Virus record (IMG/VR): IMGVR_UViG_3300048908_000317
DNA length: 46,161 nucleotides
Direction: 5' to 3' (one strand)
Source of the DNA: a virus
The notes under the pieces were generated by a model. That model saw only the letters and a program-made list of their open reading frames with translations. It did no database searches and had not been told where the DNA came from. Made by a program: the position numbers and the translations under genes. This document shows positions 33,019 to 40,644 of this stretch, piece by piece (positions within the stretch are counted from its first letter, which is position 1; every line of letters begins with the position of its first letter).

Positions 33019-33497
33019 ACCCGATCCCGTGGGCGCGGATCCTGGGCGTCCTGGCGCTCGTCGTGGCCGCGTTCGGGCTCGTCGTCTTCGGCGTGCAGCG
33101 GATCAAGACGGACGGCGCGGCGAGCAACGTCGCAGCACAGGAGAGACAGCATGCAAAGGACGTTGAAGTGGCGGCCGGTGAGACTCGGCGCATCGAGGCG
33201 GATCAACTGGCGGCTGCTCGGGAGGCGGATCGTTTCCGCGCTCGTGCTCTTGTCGACGCTCGCGGCGCTCGTGTGGCTGATGACGGGCTGCAGCAGCGTT
33301 TCGCAGCCATCAACGCCGGCTGTGTGTCCGACCATCCCGCCGCTGCCTCCGGAAGCGCGCCAGCCAGCTCCCCCGCCGATCTGCGTGCCTACGTGCTCCG
33401 AGGGGTTGCGCAGGCTGCTCGAGACATTGCTTCCGCCGCAGACGGATTCCACGGAGCAGGGCAGCAGGCCCAAGACAGCTACCCCGTGAAGCAATGA
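33015..33497 (+). CDS. i-spanin (Rz-like)
   Basis: 160 aa. N-terminal TM ILGVLALVVAAFGLVVFGV, a coiled-coil periplasmic domain, and an embedded +1-frame lipoprotein ORF. Confidence 0.7.
   Translation: MNPIPWARILGVLALVVAAFGLVVFGVQRIKTDGAASNVAAQERQHAKDVEVAAGETRRIEADQLAAAREADRFRARALVDARGARVADDGLQQRFAAINAGCVSDHPAAASGSAPASSPADLRAYVLRGVAQAARDIASAADGFHGAGQQAQDSYPVKQ
33151..33489 (+). CDS. o-spanin (Rz1-like lipoprotein) embedded in the i-spanin gene
   Basis: Lipobox LMTGC after a hydrophobic stretch (VSALVLLSTLAALVW). The mature part is Pro-rich. It lies entirely inside 33015-33497 in another frame. The true start may be downstream of ATG 33151. Confidence 0.65.
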   Translation: MQRTLKWRPVRLGASRRINWRLLGRRIVSALVLLSTLAALVWLMTGCSSVSQPSTPAVCPTIPPLPPEARQPAPPPICVPTCSEGLRRLLETLLPPQTDSTEQGSRPKTATP

Positions 33498-33509
33498 CCT
33501 GGCTTTCTG

Positions 33510-33695
33510 GTGCTCGTGCTGCTCTACGCCGATGGGACGATGTCGGAGACGAAGGGCCCCGTCTTCAAGTCGGAGCAGGAGTGCGAGAGGTACGGCATGG
33601 CCTGGTCGGCGCAGGTGAACCGCAGGCTGGAGAACGCCGTCGCGCTCGCACGCTGCAAGGAACGCGACCCCGAACTGCGCCGGGCAACCCCCTGA
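33510..33695 (+). CDS. Hypothetical protein
   Basis: 61 aa (GTG). An internal ATG at 33540 is an alternative start. Last plus-strand gene before the terminator. Confidence 0.4.
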   Translation: MLVLLYADGTMSETKGPVFKSEQECERYGMAWSAQVNRRLENAVALARCKERDPELRRATP

Positions 33696-33740
33696 AGCTA
33701 ACAGGGCCGGCGCCCTCGCGCGTGGCGGCTTACGCGCACC

Positions 33741-33767
33741 GGCCCGGGGTTTCCCGGGCCGTCTTTT
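33741..33767 (+). terminator. Rho-independent terminator between convergent operons
   Basis: GGCCCGGG-gttt-CCCGGGCC followed by GTCTTTT. Lies between the plus-strand late operon and the minus-strand moron operon. Confidence 0.7.
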
Positions 33768-34072
33768 CATGTGCCCCGCCTGGCATAGAGCTCATGCAGC
33801 AGGCAATCGTCATTGACGACAGTGCCGTCCTTGATCCAGTCCTCGCCCTCAGCCTGGTGGAAAGCTTTGTCGCCAGGGTGCGGCCGCATCACGAGATCGA
33901 TGGCGGGGGCGCTGTCTGTGTGGCCGTCGATCAGGGCGAGAATCGAGAAGGCGACGCCGTCGCATCGCTCCTGCGCGGTCTTGTCCGGCAGAGACGCCCA
34001 GTAGTGGGCTATGTGTCGGATGTGGGCCAGGATGTCCTCGCGGATCTCCTCCGCGGTCTTGGCTTTGCTCAT
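33767..34072 (-). CDS. Hypothetical protein (moron operon, distal gene)
   Basis: 101 aa. Preceded by the conserved junction cgatgggatgatCtgcaaATGa. Confidence 0.6.
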   Translation of the reverse strand: MSKAKTAEEIREDILAHIRHIAHYWASLPDKTAQERCDGVAFSILALIDGHTDSAPAIDLVMRPHPGDKAFHQAEGEDWIKDGTVVNDDCLLHELYARRGT

Positions 34073-34079
34073 TTGCAGA

Positions 34080-34331
34080 TCATCCCATCGGCCATTTGGT
34101 GTACCACTCCACGAAGCTCAGACCCTCGGCTGCGGGCGGCTTTTCACCGCGGTTGATCGCCTCTGCGCGCTGCCGGCATGCCTCGAACAATTCGTGGTTC
34201 GGGCGCCCTGGACGGCCGTCGTCCACCGTTACCACGATGTCCATCGACCAACCCGGGCGGCGACTCGGCAGGCTTTCCAGCGAGAACTGCCGGTGCAGGC
34301 GTTCGCCTGCTTCGTTGGTTTCGACCGTCAT
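34080..34331 (-). CDS. Hypothetical protein (moron operon, middle gene)
   Basis: 83 aa from ATG 34331 (MTVETNEAG...). ATGA overlap with the SGNH gene stop. Preceded by the junction cgatgggatgatTtgcaaATGa. Confidence 0.55.
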   Translation of the reverse strand: MTVETNEAGERLHRQFSLESLPSRRPGWSMDIVVTVDDGRPGRPNHELFEACRQRAEAINRGEKPPAAEGLSFVEWYTKWPMG

Positions 34332-35026
34332 TTGCAAATCATCCCATCGATCAGGGGCTCCAGGGCAGGTGCCGTGACGTTGTGCGCGATCAGCTTCGCC
34401 AGCTCATGCGACGGGTGGATGCCATCGTCCGGATGGGAGCCGTCGCCCGTGAGCATCGCCTCCCAGTTCGGCAGGCTCAGGACGTACGCCTGCACGTCGG
34501 CCACGGGGATGCCGGCGTCGGCCGCCGCAGCGCGTCCGGCCTCGGCCCACGGCGCGTCCGGCGTGTTGACCCAGCGCGCGATCGGGTTCGGCGTCTCGAT
34601 CACCATCCGCGCGCGCCCGTCGCCGACGGCGAAGAGGCGCATGTCCGAAGCGTACGTCGCGAGGTCGTCGTGGTGGTAGCCCTCGTCGTTGATCCCGTGG
34701 TTGACCATCGCGATGTCAGCGTCCAGCGTCCCCGGCCAGGGCGTGTTCAGGCCGTCGGTGCCGGCGACGAGCTGCTGGCTGTTCGTGCCGCTCACGGCCT
34801 GGAGGACGAGCTGCACCTTGCCGGCGCCGTAGCGCGCGTCGAGCTCCTGCTGGAGGTAGCCCCAGCGGTAGGCGGCGACCTGCGTCGAGTCGCCGAAAAG
34901 CTGCACGATGACTTGCGCCTTGCAGGTCGGGCTGTGTGCTGCAGGCGTGCGCGGGGGATCACCTCCGCCACCACCGCAAGCCGAAAGAATCCCCCCGATG
35001 GCGAGCGCCATGATGGTTGTTTTCAT
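34328..35026 (-). CDS. SGNH/GDSL-family hydrolase lipoprotein (esterase/deacetylase)
   Basis: 232 aa. Signal peptide with lipobox ILSACGG, block I FGDST, block II SGTN, block III HGINDE, block V DGIHPS. AGGAGAGGAAGGG RBS. Confidence 0.7.
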   Translation of the reverse strand: MKTTIMALAIGGILSACGGGGGDPPRTPAAHSPTCKAQVIVQLFGDSTQVAAYRWGYLQQELDARYGAGKVQLVLQAVSGTNSQQLVAGTDGLNTPWPGTLDADIAMVNHGINDEGYHHDDLATYASDMRLFAVGDGRARMVIETPNPIARWVNTPDAPWAEAGRAAAADAGIPVADVQAYVLSLPNWEAMLTGDGSHPDDGIHPSHELAKLIAHNVTAPALEPLIDGMICK

Positions 35027-35194
35027 CCCTTCCTCTCCTGTCTAAAACTCGCGCTTCACCGGATCCGATACCGGGGAAGATCGCGCGAGTCAGGCGCGAA
35101 ACCTTTTAGACAGGGAGGACGTTGAAACCCTAGCGAATCAATTACTTAGCAGCATTCCGGTAGGTACTGCTGCATCATGGGCGTATGCCCCAAG
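35027..35194. other. Candidate attP / regulatory region
   Basis: The most AT-rich non-coding stretch in the window, adjacent to int. CCTGTCTAA motif at 35037 (+) and 35104-35115 (inverted), with a third copy at 35232 inside the int 3-prime end. Dyads AATCAAT...ATTGATT and AGCAGCA...TGCTGC. The core site is not identifiable without the host sequence. Confidence 0.4.
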
Positions 35195-36208
35195 TTATTG
35201 ATTTCGCTTGCGTTTTCGTCCAACGTCCAAACCCTGTCTAATACTCGGCGCGTCCACTTCGGGGGTTTCGCGATCCCGAATGTACCGCTCCGTCATCACC
35301 GGGCTGGTGTGACCGAGTAGCGCCTGAGCATTCTTCCCTTGTCTCTTCGCCGCGGTCGCGGCCCGCGCGCGGCCATCGTTGGGGCGCGCATCCTCGACGC
35401 CGGCGGCCTTGCAGGCATCGTCCCACTGCTTCAGGATCGAGCGGTAGTCGGGCGCGCCGTTGTACCGGCCACGGAGCAGCGTCAGCGCGGGCGGCTTGCC
35501 GGCGCTTAGAGCCTCGGCCGCCTTGACGGTGGCGCGGAGCTCTGGCGTCCAGCGCACGAGGAGCCTCGCGTCCGTCTTCTGCTGCTTGAACTCGATGCCG
35601 TCAGGGCCGATCTGGCTGCGGCGGATCGTGAGCACGTCGCCGATGCGCTGTCCGGTGAGGTGTTGAAGCTCCATGATGACGCGAAGGCGCGGGCCGGCCT
35701 GGTCGTGAATCGCCTTCCACTCGGCGTCAGAAATGAGGCGCGTGCGCTTGTTCTCCGGCAGGCGCTTGATCCCGGCGCACGGGTTGTTGTCGACACCATA
35801 GGGGCGCGGCAGTGCGTAGGCGAACACGATACGCAGGAACGTGATGATCCGGTTCGCCATGTTCGGATGCTCGGACAGCTTGTCCTGGAGCAGCGCGACA
35901 TGCCGGCCCTTCACCTGGCCGGGTTCGAACTCGCGGAAGTAGCCTTTGAGCCTGTCGGCCGCGGTGCGGTACTGCTCTTTCGTCGACTTCGAGAGGCCCG
36001 TCTTGCAGTGGTGCGCGTACGCCGCCTCGATCAGCTCGTCCATCCCTCCCTTGGCCTGCGCCTCCATTCGGCGCGCGTATTCGGCGAGGGCTGTCGGCAT
36101 GTCGGCGCCCAGCCGCTCCCACTTCCCGCGCTTGACGAGGTAGTACGCGCCGTGCTTCTGGTAGACGCATGGCGGGAGGTGACGGGCTGTCTTGCGGGGG
36201 CGGTTCAA
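35195..36208 (-). CDS. int: Tyrosine recombinase (phage integrase)
   Basis: 337 aa. N-terminal arm-binding-like VYQKHGAYYLV, TGQRIGD (Arg I), LLGHTSPVMTERYIRD (His II and Tyr). Box HxxR reads NDGR. Confidence 0.85.
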   Translation of the reverse strand: MNRPRKTARHLPPCVYQKHGAYYLVKRGKWERLGADMPTALAEYARRMEAQAKGGMDELIEAAYAHHCKTGLSKSTKEQYRTAADRLKGYFREFEPGQVKGRHVALLQDKLSEHPNMANRIITFLRIVFAYALPRPYGVDNNPCAGIKRLPENKRTRLISDAEWKAIHDQAGPRLRVIMELQHLTGQRIGDVLTIRRSQIGPDGIEFKQQKTDARLLVRWTPELRATVKAAEALSAGKPPALTLLRGRYNGAPDYRSILKQWDDACKAAGVEDARPNDGRARAATAAKRQGKNAQALLGHTSPVMTERYIRDRETPEVDAPSIRQGLDVGRKRKRNQ

Positions 36209-36408
36209 AAGCGGAGCTCCGGTTCACGCTTCGGGGTCGGCTGCGGGGCGCCCATCATGCCCTCGACGAGCGCACGCAGCACACGGGGGCGCCCCTCGGG
36301 GTCTGGCACGAAGGCGATCCCCATGGTCTGGAGCGCGCGCCGCTGGGCACCGGCGCGCTTGCGCCGCGTCAGCACTTCGAGGTCATCGTCGCTCAGGAAA
36401 AGGCTCAC
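36205..36408 (-). CDS. DUF4224-type excisionase-like protein
   Basis: 67 aa, GTG start. FLSDDDLEVLTRRKRAGAQRRALQTMGIAFVPDPEGRPRV matches the DUF4224 pattern. ATGA overlap with the int start. Confidence 0.55.
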   Translation of the reverse strand: MSLFLSDDDLEVLTRRKRAGAQRRALQTMGIAFVPDPEGRPRVLRALVEGMMGAPQPTPKREPELRF

Positions 36409-36830
36409 AGCTTCGCGTCCTCCGGCTCCGCATCCAGCATGCCCTTCGGCCAGGGATGGCCGCCGGCCTTCACGTAGCAGGGCAGGCAGAAATTGCCCAC
36501 GTTCACGTACAGATCGCTCCGGTACTTCTCGACCCATGCCTGCATGCATTCATTGTTGAAGGCGTGCAACATCTCGCCGCAGGCGTCGCAGTGCACGTTC
36601 TCGTGTGCGAGCGGGTGTTCCTCGGGCAGGATGTCCGCCATGTCGGTGTGCAACAGCGGCTCGTCCGGGTGGGCGCGCGCGAACGGCTCCAGCGCCTCGG
36701 CTTGCACCAGGGTAGCAAACCGGGCGAGCTGCTTCGCGTTGAAGGCGAGATCTCGCTTCGTCGCCGGCCGGCTCATGTCGATCAGCTCACGCGCTCCCGC
36801 CTCGCGTGCCAGTTCCTCGATGGTCTTCAT
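36405..36830 (-). CDS. Hypothetical protein
   Basis: 141 aa from ATG 36830 (GAGGTGA RBS). Cys/His cluster HCDACGEMLHAFNNECMQ...CLPC. Confidence 0.6.
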   Translation of the reverse strand: MKTIEELAREAGARELIDMSRPATKRDLAFNAKQLARFATLVQAEALEPFARAHPDEPLLHTDMADILPEEHPLAHENVHCDACGEMLHAFNNECMQAWVEKYRSDLYVNVGNFCLPCYVKAGGHPWPKGMLDAEPEDAKL

Positions 36831-37051
36831 GGCTTCACCTCGGCGGGCTTCCAGCCGATCAGGACGCCGCAGCAATAGGGGCGGCCGGGGAAGCGCGCCT
36901 CAGTGTGCAAGTCCGCCTCCATGAAGCACCAGCGGCGGCCACACTCTTCCATGGCAGCGCGCCAGCCTTCCAGAAAGCCTTCGGCGCGGTCGTGCTCCCA
37001 TTCGGTCTTCGCGTCGTTCACGGCGTCGATTAGGCCGGTATGCCGGCTCAT
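36827..37051 (-). CDS. Hypothetical protein
   Basis: 74 aa. ATGA overlap with the downstream gene. GGAAAGGAAAG RBS region. Confidence 0.55.
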   Translation of the reverse strand: MSRHTGLIDAVNDAKTEWEHDRAEGFLEGWRAAMEECGRRWCFMEADLHTEARFPGRPYCCGVLIGWKPAEVKP

Positions 37052-37245
37052 GGCGCTTTCCTTTCCTTCGGCTGCGCGCAGAACCAGCATCGCGCCCACA
37101 GCGCAGACCGCTCGCAGATCACCTGCCGGTCGCAGTCGCAGCAGTGCAGCACCTGCTGGCCGCGGGCCTTGGCGACGGGGCGCAGATCTGGCTCCGGGGA
37201 GTGGTGTACCGGGCAGGGGAGGGGATCGAATGGGGCGGGGTGCAT
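37048..37245 (-). CDS. Hypothetical Cys-rich (zinc-ribbon-like) protein
   Basis: 65 aa. GGAG RBS. CPVH...CCDCDRQVIC...CWFC. Confidence 0.55.
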   Translation of the reverse strand: MHPAPFDPLPCPVHHSPEPDLRPVAKARGQQVLHCCDCDRQVICERSALWARCWFCAQPKERKAP

Positions 37246-37502
37246 CACGACTCCTTCGGCAGCGCAGCGCGCAACGTCTTGGCTTCGTGCCATTCGCCCA
37301 TGCCATTGGTGACCATGCGGGTCAGCGTCTTGCGAACGGCGATCCTCAGCCGATCCACTTCCGCAGCCAGGGCGTCTCGCTCGGCCTCCGCTTCCTTCGC
37401 GCGGGCATCGCCGTAGGCGCGGAGCTGGTCGGCGAGGTAGGCGTAGACACCTCCAGTGAAGATGTGCCACGGCTCCGGCAGCGGCACAGGGGTGTCAGCC
37501 AT
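37245..37502 (-). CDS. Hypothetical coiled-coil protein
   Basis: 85 aa. GGGGGAGG RBS. TGATG overlap with the downstream gene. Confidence 0.55.
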   Translation of the reverse strand: MADTPVPLPEPWHIFTGGVYAYLADQLRAYGDARAKEAEAERDALAAEVDRLRIAVRKTLTRMVTNGMGEWHEAKTLRAALPKES

Positions 37503-37986
37503 GGTCGGCCTCCCCCAGCGCGCGGCGCAGCGCCTCGATCGCGTCATCCGTCTCGCGGCACCATCCGAGATTGGCGCGGGTGTGGGTGACCTTCTTCGCT
37601 GCCTCCACAATCGCAGGCTCGGCGGCAGGAGCGGCCTCGGCGAGCAGGCGGCGCACGGAGTACATCGCGGCTTGCCAGATCTTCTTGGCATGCCACTCGG
37701 GCGACGAGAAGAAGACCTCGCCGCTGTAGTTCCGCGCGATGTAGGCCGAGAAGTCGACCGGGATCGCGGAGCCTTTCAGCCAGGACGGTTCATCGCTGAT
37801 AGGCGCAGGGGCCGGCCAAACGGCGCGAACTTCACCGGCAGGGATCGACGCGTCCTCGACGATCTTCATGCCGGCCAGCGTCTCCCCTTCCGGGCCGTTC
37901 TGCATGACGGGAGAGGCGGCGCACTTGCATGCGGCCAGCGGATGCCAGCACCGGGCGCAGTACCCGTTGATCTCGTTGGGGGTCAT
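37495..37986 (-). CDS. Hypothetical protein
   Basis: 163 aa from ATG 37986. N-terminal CARCWHPLAACKC motif. Confidence 0.55.
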   Translation of the reverse strand: MTPNEINGYCARCWHPLAACKCAASPVMQNGPEGETLAGMKIVEDASIPAGEVRAVWPAPAPISDEPSWLKGSAIPVDFSAYIARNYSGEVFFSSPEWHAKKIWQAAMYSVRRLLAEAAPAAEPAIVEAAKKVTHTRANLGWCRETDDAIEALRRALGEADHG

Positions 37987-38471
37987 GAGGGATCCTTCTC
38001 GATGTGCTTTGCGACCCAGGCGCGCATGCGCTTCCAGCGGCGCTCGGGGCCGTCGCCGACAGGTAGATTGCGGCTCCGCTCGTGCTTGCCGTAGTCCGGC
38101 CAGTGAGGGCGCATCGGGCCGCAAACCTCGACCGTGACCCACTCGTAGTCGTCGTGCTCATCGTTCTCGTAGACGATCTCCGCAGCCAACGAGCGGGCCA
38201 CGCCGAAGGCGCGGGCAACGTCGCTTGGCTCCCATGCGTCGATCCTGCTCATATCCATGCCGCGCGCTGCGCCGAGCACGCCCAGCGCGCAGAACTCGCC
38301 ATCGGCCTGGACAAGCTCCTCGGTGAAAAGGCGCTTGTCCTGCATGGCGTCCAGTGCTGCCGCGAGATCGCGCAGTAAAGCTTGTCCCCTTCGCCCCTTG
38401 ATCGCTCTGGTCACGGCCTGGCGGTAGAGCTCCAGGTTCTCGCAATCGTCGCTGTATCCGCTGCGGCTCAT
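37983..38471 (-). CDS. Conserved hypothetical phage protein
   Basis: 162 aa. GGAGAGCAAGGA RBS. ATGA overlap with the downstream gene. Confidence 0.6.
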   Translation of the reverse strand: MSRSGYSDDCENLELYRQAVTRAIKGRRGQALLRDLAAALDAMQDKRLFTEELVQADGEFCALGVLGAARGMDMSRIDAWEPSDVARAFGVARSLAAEIVYENDEHDDYEWVTVEVCGPMRPHWPDYGKHERSRNLPVGDGPERRWKRMRAWVAKHIEKDPS

Positions 38472-38989
38472 TCCTTGCTCTCCTTCGGCTGCTCCTGGAT
38501 GCCGAAATGCGCCAGGATCGCTGCCTTGACAGCCGGAGCCTTGTCCGGCCCCGAGCCTGCGGGTGTGACGATGACGTAGCCGCCATCGATCCATGCGCCC
38601 TTGATGGCGGGCGGCTTCCGCTCCTTCGGCTCGGCTGGCTGCGCCGAGGGATGCGGGGCGACGACCGGCCTCGACACGAACCCATGATTCACCCCGTACG
38701 CCAGGGCGCCGAGAACGTGTCGGATTGCCTTGTCAGCACCACCACACGGCAAACCGCTCGACGGGCAGACGCCGTTCTCGTCGGCGCAGTCGCGGCACCG
38801 GCCGCCGTACCGTTTGATGTAGCCCGCATGCTCCTCGGTGAACGCCATTGATGAAGCGGCGTACCCGGGCACGATCGGCTGGCGTTGAGTCGCGACAGCG
38901 TGGTACAGCGCCTTGATGCCGGGATGGGCGCGGAGCGTGTCGGGCAGGTTGTTCCAGGCCAGGTCTGCGGGGGTGGGGGATTCAGGCAT
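38468..38989 (-). CDS. Hypothetical protein
   Basis: 173 aa. Cys cluster CRDCADENGVCPSSGLPC. Confidence 0.6.
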   Translation of the reverse strand: MPESPTPADLAWNNLPDTLRAHPGIKALYHAVATQRQPIVPGYAASSMAFTEEHAGYIKRYGGRCRDCADENGVCPSSGLPCGGADKAIRHVLGALAYGVNHGFVSRPVVAPHPSAQPAEPKERKPPAIKGAWIDGGYVIVTPAGSGPDKAPAVKAAILAHFGIQEQPKESKE

Positions 38990-39305
38990 GGTCGAACTTC
39001 CGATGGGTGGCCTTGCGAACGATGTAGCCGTGCTGCGAGAGCAGGGACTTCGCCTCGTAGAGCCGTCGCTGCAGGTCGTCGTCGAACTCCGCCGACAGCT
39101 CGTAGATTGCCGGGCGGGAGCCGCGAACTCGAACCCGTCCAGCTTCGAGGTCGTACCGCAGGAAGGCTCCGATGGCCTTCGAGCTGACGCCCGCCACCTC
39201 GGCCAGCTCAGTGCTGGACATCGCGCGCTGGGCGAGCGCTTGGCGCATCACCTCGGCACGGGAGGCGGATGACCGGCTCGGCTGACGACTGAGCGAGACG
39301 TTCAT
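38982..39305 (-). CDS. Putative winged-helix DNA-binding protein
   Basis: 107 aa from ATG 39305. MSSTELAEVAGVSSKAIGAFLRYDLEAGRVRV reads as a wHTH. Confidence 0.5.
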   Translation of the reverse strand: MNVSLSRQPSRSSASRAEVMRQALAQRAMSSTELAEVAGVSSKAIGAFLRYDLEAGRVRVRGSRPAIYELSAEFDDDLQRRLYEAKSLLSQHGYIVRKATHRKFDHA

Positions 39306-39318
39306 TGAGGCGAATGCG

Positions 39319-39786
39319 TCACTCACCGCTGGCTCCCGGTTGCCCGCCCTGAGCCGGAGCAGCGGGCAGCGGTTGCCAATGAGTGGGTGCTTCGTCGAGC
39401 GCCCAATGCACTTCCTCGTGCAGGTTCCACTCGTACCAGCCCTCCGGCCAGTAGCACGCGTCGGAGGCCTCGTCGTACTCGCCGCCATCCGGCTCGAAGT
39501 CGCCCCATGTGTCGGTGTTGAGTGTGAACTTCGGCGCATGCGCAGCGCGCAGGACATGCTTGCCGACCGACACGAGCACCGGCAACCCCGGCTCCGGCAT
39601 CCGATCCTCGACGCTGATCCACGCCACCGGCTCTGCCTGCGCTGCTTGGGGGGTGGCAGGATCAGGCTGTTGCGACTTCAGGGCGGCGATCTCCGCCTCC
39701 AACCACCCGATCATTTCCCAGCGGCTGTTCGTCTTGAGCAATCTTTTGTGCGTCTGGAGTGCCATGCGCAGGGCTTCGGTGCTCAC
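39319..39786 (-). CDS. DUF551-domain protein
   Basis: 155 aa, GTG start. WISVEDRMPEPGLPVLV is the typical DUF551 signature. Confidence 0.55.
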   Translation of the reverse strand: MSTEALRMALQTHKRLLKTNSRWEMIGWLEAEIAALKSQQPDPATPQAAQAEPVAWISVEDRMPEPGLPVLVSVGKHVLRAAHAPKFTLNTDTWGDFEPDGGEYDEASDACYWPEGWYEWNLHEEVHWALDEAPTHWQPLPAAPAQGGQPGASGE

Positions 39787-40448
39787 GCGGCCACCGCCTT
39801 CTTCCGCCCGCGGCCCTTCTTCGGCGCGTGCTGCTCCACGAAGGCTTCCGTCGCGTCCGGCTCGCCGCCTTCCGAATCGCTCTCGTCAGGTCCGTCGAAA
39901 AGCGGGTGGTCGCGCTCGAAGGCTTCTGTCGTGCCGTCGATCACGTCAGCGGCGGCGGCAGGCAGCGGGGCGGTCAGGGTGATGGAGACGATCTGCCCGA
40001 GCTTCGCGCCGAGGATGCCCAGCTCGGTCGGGTCGACATCGTTCGTACCCACGTTGAACGAGAGCTCGACGGAGCCTCCCTCCATCACCGAGAGCTTGAA
40101 CTTGTCGACCCGGCAGCTTCCGAGCGTGATGGGCTCGTCCTCGTCGATGCCGTGCTGCACGCGCATCGTCCATCCCTCGAACTTTGGCGTCAGCGGGATC
40201 TCGCCGAGGATGTTCTTCGCGCGCAGCAGGGGCGTCGCCGGCTCCACACCGGGCAACTGCTCCTGATCCGGCACCGCCATGTAGAAGGCGTGCCGCAGGT
40301 CGGCGTGCAGCGCGTCCAGGAGCGTGTTCGCGCCGCAGAGCTTCAGGCGCATGGTGAGCGCGACGACGCTGTCGTCTCCGTGGTGCTCTTCGCGCACGGT
40401 GACTGACGCGACCTTCACGTCGGTGGGGTTCAGGAGCTGGAATTGCAT
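39783..40448 (-). CDS. Hypothetical protein with acidic then basic C-terminal tail
   Basis: 221 aa from ATG 40448 (ACGGAGA RBS). Beta-rich body. Tail DGPDESDSEGGEPDATEAF...KKGRGRKK. Confidence 0.6.
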   Translation of the reverse strand: MQFQLLNPTDVKVASVTVREEHHGDDSVVALTMRLKLCGANTLLDALHADLRHAFYMAVPDQEQLPGVEPATPLLRAKNILGEIPLTPKFEGWTMRVQHGIDEDEPITLGSCRVDKFKLSVMEGGSVELSFNVGTNDVDPTELGILGAKLGQIVSITLTAPLPAAAADVIDGTTEAFERDHPLFDGPDESDSEGGEPDATEAFVEQHAPKKGRGRKKAVAA

Positions 40449-40644
40449 GGTGTCTCCGTGGTGATGAAAGGGTGGGGAGGCGGGCCCACCCGCCCACAGC
40501 GCGGGCCGTCTTCCGCGGCTGCTTGGCCTCCCCGTAGGTGGTGGGCGGAGCCGGCGCAACCCGGCCCTCTCGCTCGGCAGACGTTGGAAATATGCACAGT
40601 CATGCGCCTGCTCGATGCTCACCGCGCGTGCGGCCGCCCCTGGT

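Noticed and set aside
35027-35194. tRNA gene or tRNA 3-prime fragment at the attP candidate
   Set aside because: No T-arm (GGTTCGAATCC-like) or acceptor/CCA-like sequence could be read. No cloverleaf-compatible stems were seen here or elsewhere in the window.
39263-39270. Additional AGGCGGAT octamers (also at 25317, 33197 and 33223) considered as extra operator sites
   Set aside because: They lie inside coding sequence as ordinary codon runs (for example GAG GCG GAT) and lack the inverted partner and flanking T/A of the PL/PR sites. An 8-mer of this composition is expected several times by chance in 92 kb of two-strand sequence.
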